From NCBI GenBank assembly GCA_965227635.1, contig OZ245763.1:1854896-1918895 (forward strand): a stretch of 64,000 nucleotides of DNA, in the 5' to 3' direction. Position 1 is the first letter of the stretch; each line of letters opens with the position of its first letter. The DNA comes from an uncultured Pseudohongiella sp. (GTDB lineage Bacteria; Pseudomonadota; Gammaproteobacteria; Pseudomonadales; Pseudohongiellaceae). Positions 35,839 to 47,739 of this stretch are shown one piece after another. The notes beneath the pieces are model-generated. The model saw nothing but the letters and a program-made list of their open reading frames with translations, made no database searches and had not been told where the DNA came from. The position numbers and the translations under genes were made by a program.

Positions 35839-36543
35839 ATGAAAATGCGCTCCCAAACCTTTGCCAATGCACTTATTCTGACTATGGCAGGATTGATTTT
35901 GTCATTTTCAGTAAAAGCTGCAGCTGTGGATGCCGAGATGTCACAGGTAACCCTGTTCGTCGAGGGAATGATGAAAAGCCGCGGCGGCGTCACTTGAATG
36001 AGCTGACCCGATAGCGTGGTAGCAGCTCTGTCAGAGTTGCCCGGAATCCAAGAACAAAATATTACTGTAATTCTCGACCGAGATGCGTTTACTGTCGGAT
36101 ATGATAGTGAGCTGGTTTCGTTAGACCATATGTATGAGGCAATTCTAGAGTTGGGCTATAGCCCTGGGATAGAGGAACTTGGTATCGGCGAGACTGATTC
36201 AGATTCAAGCGGTAGTATTCCAGAACCTATTGCGTCCGCGCTTACTGAAGCCATTAATGGTGACAAGTTAATCTTCATCGACTTTTTTGCTGAGTGGTGT
36301 ATTGCCTGTAAAGTGCTGGAGGAGAACGCTCTTAATAACTCAGCAGTCCAACAGGTATTAGAATCGTATGTTGTATTGAAAGTCGATACAGACGCATATG
36401 CAGATGCGGCCAGGTTTTATAATGTGGTAGGAATGCCGACGCTTCTGGTGGTGGATTCAGCTGGAGAAGAAATTTACAGATCAGTAGGTCTTATCGAGCC
36501 TGAAGAACTTAGCGCGAAGTTAAGTCAGCTAGCCATCAAATAG
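35839..36543 (+). CDS. Periplasmic HMA-like domain / thioredoxin-like fusion with two in-frame TGA codons (putative UxxU selenoprotein, or a pseudogene)
   Basis: One frame reads signal peptide MKMRSQTFANALILTMAGLILSFSVKAAA, then VTLFVEGMMKSRGGVT-TGA-MS-TGA-PDSVVAALSELPGI...AILELGYSP (HMA fold), a linker, and a thioredoxin fold with WCIACK. The TGAs are at 35995-35997 and 36004-36006. The track only lists the part from GTG 36016. Confidence 0.6.
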
Positions 36544-36927
36544 GCTATCAATGATGGGACATTGTGCGACATTGCCTTGGCTACACTGATCTGCCATTTC
36601 GACTAGCACTTGTTCCATTCGCTTTAAGTCGCCAATCTTATCCCGTACTTCTTTAGCATGAACTAAAGTCAGTTCATGTACTTGCTTGCACGTGTAGTTT
36701 CCAGTATCCACCAGACTCATAAGGCTGATAATTTCTTTCAGCGTAAAACCAAGGCTTCTGCATTTGTGAATAAAGTGCAGGCGTTTGACGTCTTCATCGT
36801 CATAGATCCTCCTGCCATTAGAAGCTCGAACAGCTTTTGGCAATATGGCTTCGCGCTCATAGTAGCGGATCGTCTCGATATTCACGCCGGTTCGATCCGA
36901 TAGCTCCCCAATTGCGTACGGTTTCAT
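36529..36927 (-). CDS. merR: MerR-family metal-responsive regulator, Hg(II)-MerR-like
   Basis: HTH YAIGELSDRTGVNIETIRYYEREAILP. It has the Cys pattern of MerR (TCKQVHEL...; CSQGNVAQCPII). It is divergent from merT. Confidence 0.8.
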   Translation of the reverse strand: MKPYAIGELSDRTGVNIETIRYYEREAILPKAVRASNGRRIYDDEDVKRLHFIHKCRSLGFTLKEIISLMSLVDTGNYTCKQVHELTLVHAKEVRDKIGDLKRMEQVLVEMADQCSQGNVAQCPIIDSLFDG

Positions 36928-36951
36928 ACTTTCTCCTGCTTAACTATTCGC

Positions 36952-36982
36952 TTGATCCTGTAGTGACTACAGGATATAGAAT
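36952..36982 (+). promoter_or_regulatory. merT promoter/operator, MerR-type
   Basis: TTGATC-CTGTAGTGACTACAGGATA-TAGAAT with a 19-bp spacer. It contains the perfect dyad CCTGTAGT-G-ACTACAGG (36957-36973). Confidence 0.8.
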
Positions 36983-37030
36983 GGCCCTCAGCGTGTGAAA
37001 TTGCAAGGTATATCCGTGTTCGTAACTGGC

Positions 37031-37402
37031 GTGAAAAGTAGCAATAACGTGCGAGATCGAAGTGACGGCAAATGGCTAGCCACAGCAAGTATCGTTGGCG
37101 CTATCGTTGCTTCTTCTTGCTGTATTGCGCCCTTGCTGTTTGTAAGTGTTGGAATTAGCGGCGCATGGATTGGCAATCTGACAGCTTTGGAGCCGTACAA
37201 AATCTATTTTTTGGGGACCACAACGCTCTTTCTCGGCGCGGGGATTTGGCACCTGTATTTTAAACGACAGCAAGAGTGCATTGGCGATAGTTATTGTTCC
37301 AGGCCAATGTCTGGACTTATTACTAAAGCAGCGCTTTGGATTGCCATCATGCTTGTCATCGCATCGGCTACAGTCGATTTTTGGGCACCACTATTTTACT
37401 AA
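37031..37402 (+). CDS. merT: Mercuric transport protein MerT
   Basis: SSCCIAPLLFVSVGISGAWIGNLTALEPYK matches the MerT TM1 CC motif and loop. There is a second Cys pair, CIGDSYC. The start is uncertain (GTG 37031 or GTG 36995). Confidence 0.85.
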   Translation: MKSSNNVRDRSDGKWLATASIVGAIVASSCCIAPLLFVSVGISGAWIGNLTALEPYKIYFLGTTTLFLGAGIWHLYFKRQQECIGDSYCSRPMSGLITKAALWIAIMLVIASATVDFWAPLFY

Positions 37403-37430
37403 CGACGTTTTGACTTGGAGATTCGCAGGT

Positions 37431-37790
37431 ATGAAAAAATCAAACTTATTTTTCGGCATGATGGCATTGTTAGCTATTGCTACTTATTCCGGGATAGGCC
37501 TCGTTTCGACAATTCAGGCCGAAAACGCGGTGCAATCTAAATTATCGATCTCAGAGCAATCCGTTTCGTTTTCTATTGAACGAATGACTTGCGCGGCATG
37601 CCCCGTCACCGTTAGTAAAGCAATGAAGGGTGTTGAAGGCGTGAGAGATGTTTCAGTTGATTACGAGACCAAAACTGCAACGGTAGCTTTTAACCCCGAA
37701 CTTACGAACATTGAAATCATTGGAGCCGCTTCAACCAATGCTGGGTACCCGGCTGAATTGATAAGTAAAGTGCCAGAAGAGAGTTTATAG
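37431..37790 (+). CDS. merP: Periplasmic mercury-binding protein MerP
   Basis: Signal peptide plus an HMA domain with MTCAACPVTVSKAMKGVEGV. GGAG Shine-Dalgarno 11 nt upstream. Confidence 0.85.
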   Translation: MKKSNLFFGMMALLAIATYSGIGLVSTIQAENAVQSKLSISEQSVSFSIERMTCAACPVTVSKAMKGVEGVRDVSVDYETKTATVAFNPELTNIEIIGAASTNAGYPAELISKVPEESL

Positions 37791-37804
37791 ATAGAGAGAC
37801 ATTG

Positions 37805-38044
37805 ATGTTATTGGAACACACTATGAGCAATACTTTAGCTGACATAACTCTTGATTCAGTCTTAACATGTCCGCACTGTGGTCATGCTCAGGAGGAAGTT
37901 ATGCCTACTGAAGCCTGCCTATTTTTCTATGAGTGCAAGCAATGCAAAAATTTGCTCAAACCCAAAGTAGGCGATTGCTGTGTTTTCTGTTCCTTCGGAT
38001 CAGTGGCATGCCCGCCGATCCAGGTTGGAAGTTGTTGTAGTTAA
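37805..38044 (+). CDS. Small Cys-rich GDCCVxC-motif protein
   Basis: CPHCGH, CKQCKN and GDCCVFCSFGSVACPP. I recall an NCBI family named 'GDCCVxC domain-containing (seleno)protein'. This copy is all-Cys. Confidence 0.7.
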   Translation: MLLEHTMSNTLADITLDSVLTCPHCGHAQEEVMPTEACLFFYECKQCKNLLKPKVGDCCVFCSFGSVACPPIQVGSCCS

Positions 38045-38066
38045 ATAGAAAACAGGAGACATTATT

Positions 38067-38612
38067 ATGTCTTTAGAATTGGTTGATGTAGGCAGTCTTA
38101 CGCGACCTGGTCCAATCGGTAGATTTGTAAGACTAGTTTTGGGGACACTTTGCTTGTACGGATTGTGGCAGCTTCTAGAAGTTGCTCCCAATGTTATCGA
38201 GCGTCCAGTTGATTTATTGCCAAACTTGAGCTTGATGATTCTTGTTGTCTTCTGTGTCTTTAACTATGTAGTCAATATTGGATTCAGCAAGGATTGGAAC
38301 AACTATCCTCTTATATTTTCTCTGTCGTTATTTCTATTAGTAGCACTGGTTGGTTTTTTGGCTAATGGCGACCCTGGCTCGACCTTTCTTGGGGTTCTAA
38401 TAGTTTTGTGGATGAGTTATTTCTATGCTCACTTGGGAGTTTCTTTTTTGCTGGCGTCTATACTCGCTACTCCGGGATGCGAAATGCGAGCAATACCAGA
38501 ATTGTTTGGTCGAATGATTAATAAAGCAACGAAAGAACACCACTGCCCCTCAAGTATCATCTCCGGAATTGATCGTTGGGAATATAAGCGGCAACGTAAG
38601 CTTCATAGTTAA
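38067..38612 (+). CDS. Membrane protein with conserved C-terminal Cys pair (unknown function)
   Basis: 181 aa, about 4 TM segments, with ATPGCEMRA and HHCPSS motifs near the C-terminus. Confidence 0.6.
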   Translation: MSLELVDVGSLTRPGPIGRFVRLVLGTLCLYGLWQLLEVAPNVIERPVDLLPNLSLMILVVFCVFNYVVNIGFSKDWNNYPLIFSLSLFLLVALVGFLANGDPGSTFLGVLIVLWMSYFYAHLGVSFLLASILATPGCEMRAIPELFGRMINKATKEHHCPSSIISGIDRWEYKRQRKLHS

Positions 38613-38844
38613 GATTCTGATAGATCCGCAAATTTCTTTAGGACTCTGTATGGCTTGAGGTTAATCGCATAGAAAGAGACCGTTTAGCCCTTTTGTTTCG
38701 ATCTGATTTTTCCCGTTAATGTCGAAACTGTTGCCCGCAGTTTGATCTACTTTTACGAGCAATTTTTGATAATAATCAATAAGGTTGACGATTTGGCGAA
38801 TGAGGGGGCTACAAATATGCGGGAAACTGGAGTATATTCCTGAT

Positions 38845-39249
38845 ATGAATAGCCGACTTAGCACAGCGCAAAGCCTGCCAGCCTTTCTGGCTGTGCTGTT
38901 GCTCGTGCTTGCCAATTCATCGCATATCCACCTTCGCTATTGTCTTGATGGAGCTGAAGCCCCTATATCAATTCATTTTGAGGGCGAAGAAACGCATGTC
39001 TCCGATGTGGCTACTATCGATAGCCTTGGTTCAGAAGACCTGGCTGATGTTGAAAGTGAGCTCTCGCTCGATAGTTTGCTAGCCAAATTCTCCAAAACGC
39101 CAACGGACTCCTTGGCCATTTTCTCGTTTAACTTTCCTGCAATTTCAGAGGCAGCCAAAACTCCTTTTCAACTTATCGGGCGTGAAATACTCCCTGATAA
39201 GCCTGATACTCTTCTTCCTCCTTCCCGCGCACCTCCCGCAATAGCCTAA
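38845..39249 (+). CDS. Small secreted protein preceding czcC (CzcI-like by position)
   Basis: Signal peptide-like LPAFLAVLLLVLANSSH and a C-terminal ...PPSRAPPAIA. The start at 38845 has GGAG upstream. Confidence 0.5.
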   Translation: MNSRLSTAQSLPAFLAVLLLVLANSSHIHLRYCLDGAEAPISIHFEGEETHVSDVATIDSLGSEDLADVESELSLDSLLAKFSKTPTDSLAIFSFNFPAISEAAKTPFQLIGREILPDKPDTLLPPSRAPPAIA

Positions 39250-39324
39250 GTTGTACCTCAACAATTCGACTCGGACAAACTGTCTGAGGCGTTGCTTGGC
39301 CTCACAATTTGCGGGAGAAAGACT

Positions 39325-40578
39325 GTGAACCTTAAATGTTTAGCGATTGTGGCTTGCGTCATGATCGCGAGCGCCACGTGTAATGCGCAGGAGATGCCAA
39401 CTGGCACGATCTCCTTGCGGGATGCGCTCGAAGCCACTCTGAATTCCAATCCAAGCCTCAGGAGTTTTCCTCTGCGCAATGAGGCGCTGCTGGGCAACAG
39501 AGAGATTGCCGACTTAAAACCGCCCTTCACAATAGGTGCCAATCTCGAGGATGCCCTGGGCACCGGTGACATAAGAGACTTCACCGGGGCAGAGGCAACT
39601 TTACGACTGTCCAATATTGTTGAGATGGGTGGGAAGCGGGCGGCTCGGGTAGGGGTTGTTAACCGAAGAATCGACACACTTGCTGCAGAGCAACGGGTTG
39701 CAGAGCTTGATTTGCTGATAGAAGTTGTACGGCGGTTTATTGACGTGGCAACAGCACAGGAACAAGTTGATCTACAAGCGCAATCTACTGCAATTGCCCA
39801 GCAGACAGTGCGCGCGATTCAGCCACTGGTCACAGCCGGTCAGGCACCGCAACTGGAATTGGGTCGCGCAAACGCAGCTTTGTTGCGAGCACAATTAGCG
39901 GAGCAGGCGGCGGCTGCCAGACTTGAGAGCGCCAGGATACGTTTGGCAAATATGTGGGCCAGCAATACACCGCAATTTGACGCCGTATTGGCAGACTTTC
40001 GGACCGTTGGACAAGCGGAATCGATTGAAACAGTCTTGGCAGGCCTTGCGGAAAATCCAGATATCGAATTCTATGCAGCAGAATCTCGTCTGTTGGAAGC
40101 ACAACTGCGCTTGGCGCAATCACGGCAGCAGGGCGATATATCCTGGTCAGCAGGAATTCGGCACTTAAGAGAGTTTGATGATACTGGCGTAGTACTGGGT
40201 GTCACTGTTCCTCTGTTCAACAAAGAACGTGCTTCCGGTGCAATCCGTACCGCACGTGCGAATCTTCAGGAAGTCGAGACTCGACGCCTCACAGCGCTCA
40301 ATGCGATTGAAGGGGAGATTAGATCTCTGCATCAGTCGTTGCAACAAGCAATTTTGGAAGTAAATACCTTACAGCAACAAGTAATTCCCGTTCTGCAAGA
40401 TGTGCAGCGGCAAACGCAGGCAGCCTATGCGGCTGGCAATTACAGTTATGTGGAATTTATAAGTGCCCAGCAAGAGTTTTTAGATGCTCAGCTATCACTG
40501 ATCTCCAGCGCCGGCAATGCTCACAAAATACGAGCTGAAATTGAGCGCTTGAGTGGAATTCCACTGTCTGGACAATAA
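39325..40578 (+). CDS. czcC: Outer-membrane efflux protein, CzcC/TolC family
   Basis: TolC-family repeats. I prefer the GTG start at 39325, after GGGAGAAAG. It directly precedes the MFP and RND genes. Confidence 0.8.
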   Translation: MNLKCLAIVACVMIASATCNAQEMPTGTISLRDALEATLNSNPSLRSFPLRNEALLGNREIADLKPPFTIGANLEDALGTGDIRDFTGAEATLRLSNIVEMGGKRAARVGVVNRRIDTLAAEQRVAELDLLIEVVRRFIDVATAQEQVDLQAQSTAIAQQTVRAIQPLVTAGQAPQLELGRANAALLRAQLAEQAAAARLESARIRLANMWASNTPQFDAVLADFRTVGQAESIETVLAGLAENPDIEFYAAESRLLEAQLRLAQSRQQGDISWSAGIRHLREFDDTGVVLGVTVPLFNKERASGAIRTARANLQEVETRRLTALNAIEGEIRSLHQSLQQAILEVNTLQQQVIPVLQDVQRQTQAAYAAGNYSYVEFISAQQEFLDAQLSLISSAGNAHKIRAEIERLSGIPLSGQ

Positions 40579-40591
40579 CGAGGACAAATTA

Positions 40592-44697
<4,106 letters not shown>

Positions 44698-44706
44698 ACA
44701 GTCAAC

Positions 44707-45585
44707 ATGCATGATCACACGCACCATAGCGATCAGAGCAGCCAACGGATTGGCTGGGCATTCGTGTTAAATGTTGGTTTCACTATCATAGAATTTGTGG
44801 GCGGCCTGCTTACCAACAGCACAGCCATTATGGCTGACGCCGTCCATGATCTTGGTGACAGTCTTTCAATCGGAACAGCATGGGTTCTGAGCCTGTTATC
44901 CAAAAAGAAAGCGAGCAGTTCATTTACTTACGGCTATAAGCGACTCTCTTTGATTGGTGCATTGATCAACGGAATTGTGCTTATAGCGGGTTCTGTATGG
45001 GTGCTGCTACAGGCGCTTCCCCGCCTGTTCGATCCAGTGATGCCAGAAGCAGAAGGCATGCTAGCGCTGGCAATTCTGGGTGTTGTGGTAAACGGATTTG
45101 CTGCTTATAAACTAAGTGCAGGAACGACGCTCAATGAAAAAGTACTCAATTGGCATTTACTTGAAGATGTATTGGGTTGGGCAGCAGTTCTAATTGTCTC
45201 AATCGTACTATTGATTGTGGAATTGCCAATCCTGGACCCGTTACTCGCTGTGGGATTTACACTGTTCATTCTGTTTAACGTAGCCAGAAATACTTGGCAC
45301 GCTGTCAAACTTTTTGTTCAGGCAGTACCTGAGCATGGACTAATCGAGAAAGTAAGGAAGGAGCTGCTAACTATTTCTCAAGTGGATTCAATTCATCATG
45401 AGCATGCGTGGTCGCTCGACGGTGAGTCAACAGTCTATACGGCTCATTTGGAAATGAGTTCTCCGATGTCATCAGAAGAACAGCTCTGGATTAAGAATCA
45501 GGTTGCAAAGAAACTCCAGGAATTTGAGTTTTCACATACAACAATTGAACTGGAATTTCCGCAAGAGGATTGTAGAGATGATTAG
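44707..45585 (+). CDS. czcD: Cation diffusion facilitator (CzcD/ZitB-like)
   Basis: His-rich N-terminus. CDF signature LLTNSTAIMADAVHDLGD. Six TM segments plus a C-terminal cytoplasmic domain. Confidence 0.85.
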   Translation: MHDHTHHSDQSSQRIGWAFVLNVGFTIIEFVGGLLTNSTAIMADAVHDLGDSLSIGTAWVLSLLSKKKASSSFTYGYKRLSLIGALINGIVLIAGSVWVLLQALPRLFDPVMPEAEGMLALAILGVVVNGFAAYKLSAGTTLNEKVLNWHLLEDVLGWAAVLIVSIVLLIVELPILDPLLAVGFTLFILFNVARNTWHAVKLFVQAVPEHGLIEKVRKELLTISQVDSIHHEHAWSLDGESTVYTAHLEMSSPMSSEEQLWIKNQVAKKLQEFEFSHTTIELEFPQEDCRDD

Positions 45586-45631
45586 TAGTGCTAGCTATTA
45601 TCTATGTGTTAAGTGAGCGGTGTAATTACAA

Positions 45632-46492
45632 ATGAGTATGTCAGATTCAATGGAAACCCAAGGCCAATCTAGTGAAAATATCTACGTAAGTAGATTTCGC
45701 GTGCCCAAGATGGATTGCCCATCGGAGGAGAACTTGATTCGCATGCAACTCGAACCTATCGAATCAGGTTTGAAACTGGAATTCGATATACCCAATAGAA
45801 TTGTGCGGGTTACTCACAAAAGCAATTCTGAAAAAATCGATGAAGCGATGCTTGGTTGTGGCTTCGGCTCAATAATGGAAGAGACCAGGCCGGCTGAGGA
45901 ACAAGAAAAGACTGCATATTTCAGCTCCAGTCAATCTGAAAATGATCAGGAAGCAAACACACTAAAATTATTGTTGGCAATCAACGCTTTCATGTTTGTT
46001 TTTGAACTCACGGTTGGGTGGATCGGACAATCCACCGGACTAATCGCCGATTCAATGGATATGTTTGCGGATGCGGCAGTTTATGGCTTGGCTCTATTTG
46101 CTGTCGGAAAAAGTGCCGGAAATAAACTGAATGCTGCACATCTGGCTGGTTGGCTGCAGATGATTCTTGCATTTGGTGCATTAAGCGAAGTGCTTAGGCG
46201 ATTCATATTCGGCAGCGAGCCGGTTTCTGTTCTGATGATGGGAATAGGTTGCATAGCGTTAGTTGCAAACGTTTCCTGCTTGTTTTTGATCTCCAAGAAA
46301 AAAGACCGTGGCGCGCATATGCGAGCGAGCTATATCTTCTCAGCCAATGATGTCATTGCCAATTTGGGTGTGATTGTCGCTGGGATTCTGGTGGCCTGGA
46401 CCGGTTCCAGATATCCGGATTTGGCTATAGGTCTTATTATTGGAATCGTTGTTCTAACCGGGGCAGTCCGAATACTCAGAATTCGTAACTAG
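45632..46492 (+). CDS. Cation diffusion facilitator-like transporter with N-terminal HMA-like domain
   Basis: N-terminal FRVPKMDCPSEENLIRMQL (MDCPxEE-type HMA), then a TM domain with LIADSMDMFADAAVYG. Confidence 0.75.
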   Translation: MSMSDSMETQGQSSENIYVSRFRVPKMDCPSEENLIRMQLEPIESGLKLEFDIPNRIVRVTHKSNSEKIDEAMLGCGFGSIMEETRPAEEQEKTAYFSSSQSENDQEANTLKLLLAINAFMFVFELTVGWIGQSTGLIADSMDMFADAAVYGLALFAVGKSAGNKLNAAHLAGWLQMILAFGALSEVLRRFIFGSEPVSVLMMGIGCIALVANVSCLFLISKKKDRGAHMRASYIFSANDVIANLGVIVAGILVAWTGSRYPDLAIGLIIGIVVLTGAVRILRIRN

Positions 46493-46608
46493 ATATATTA
46501 CCAATGCCCGAACGGCGGTTGCGTGCTTTCGTTCGATCCGGGCATCGATGGCGTGCCAATTGACACGAAACTTGGGAAGAAGCAAAACAATCATTGCGCC
46601 GGGAAATT

Positions 46609-47739
46609 TCATGTTTCGGGGACCTCATCTACTACGGGTCGCAGTTCCAGATTGCCCTCGGTACCCAGATTAACCAGTTCCACACCGTAATAATCCGCCT
46701 GATTAAAAGCAACCAGATGGTCAACCTCCAGACGGTATCCGATTTTTTCTCCCTTCTTGTGGTCATGATGACTGGGCACGAGACTGAAAAATTTCTCACC
46801 ACTGGGTGTCGCCAACGTATAGAGGAATTGCGCACCCCTAAAGGCTCGCTCAATCACTATAGCCTGGCTGTCGGCCGCGTCATCATGAATTACGTCATCC
46901 GGTCTTAAAAGCACTGAGACGGAAGTGCCGGGTTGCAATTCTTTCTCCGACGCAGTATGAATGAGCCCCAACGCCGTCTCGACGCCGCCATTTGCCGAAA
47001 CAGTGCCTTCCACCAGTACGCCCTCGCCGACGAAAGCCGCCACCGCCGGAGAACTGGGACGGTGGTAGAGATTGAAGGCTGAACCCCATTGCAGCAGTTT
47101 ACCTTGCTGCATGACGCCGATTTCGTCGGCCATAGCAAAGGCTTCGAGCTGATTGTGACTGACCAGAATTGCAGTGATATTGGCCTGCTTGAGGACTTCA
47201 CGAATTTCACCGGCAATCTGCTCTCGTAGTTCAATATCGAGACTGGCGAATGGCTCATCCAGTAACAATATCCCCGGCCGTGGTGCCATGGCGCGGGCAA
47301 TGGCGACGCGTTGCTGCTGTCCTCCGGACAGATGGTGTGGGTATGCATCCAGAAAACTGCTGACCTTGAGAAGAGTTGCCAGCTCTTCAATGCGTAGCGC
47401 AACATCCTTTTCTTTAGCTTGCTGGAGGCCAAAAGCGATGTTATCCCGTACCGTCAAGTGGGGAAACAATGCATAATCCTGAAACACCATACCAATGGCG
47501 CGCTTCTCGGTGGGAATCATGCGATTTTTACTGCTCAATACCTCGCTGCCCAGTGAAATTGAACCTTCACGCACCGGCTCAAATCCGGTAATGGCCCTCA
47601 GAAGTGTGGTTTTGCCACAGCCGCTGGGTCCAAGCAGACAGCCTATCTGCCCCTGGGTCAGGGACAGAGAAATACCCTGAATAATCGGCTGGCCGCCCAG
47701 TGCCACGTGGACATTGTCAAGCTTGAGCGTCTGCTGCAT
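46609..47739 (-). CDS. fbpC: Fe(3+)-type ABC transporter ATP-binding protein
   Basis: Walker A GPSGCGKTT, signature LSGGQQQR, Walker B LLLDEP, and a C-terminal TOBE-like domain. Confidence 0.85.
   Translation of the reverse strand: MQQTLKLDNVHVALGGQPIIQGISLSLTQGQIGCLLGPSGCGKTTLLRAITGFEPVREGSISLGSEVLSSKNRMIPTEKRAIGMVFQDYALFPHLTVRDNIAFGLQQAKEKDVALRIEELATLLKVSSFLDAYPHHLSGGQQQRVAIARAMAPRPGILLLDEPFASLDIELREQIAGEIREVLKQANITAILVSHNQLEAFAMADEIGVMQQGKLLQWGSAFNLYHRPSSPAVAAFVGEGVLVEGTVSANGGVETALGLIHTASEKELQPGTSVSVLLRPDDVIHDDAADSQAIVIERAFRGAQFLYTLATPSGEKFFSLVPSHHDHKKGEKIGYRLEVDHLVAFNQADYYGVELVNLGTEGNLELRPVVDEVPET

Noticed and set aside
35829-36014. The 61-aa track ORF (MSTNENALPNLCQ...).
   Set aside because: It is out of frame with the signal-peptide/HMA reading frame that starts at 35839. 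That frame continues into 36016-36543 and explains the region better.
36995-37030. GTG 36995 as the merT start.
   Set aside because: It lies only ~13 nt after the -10 element and adds 12 residues not seen in MerT proteins. GTG 37031 gives a MerT-like length. This is not excluded, only less likely.
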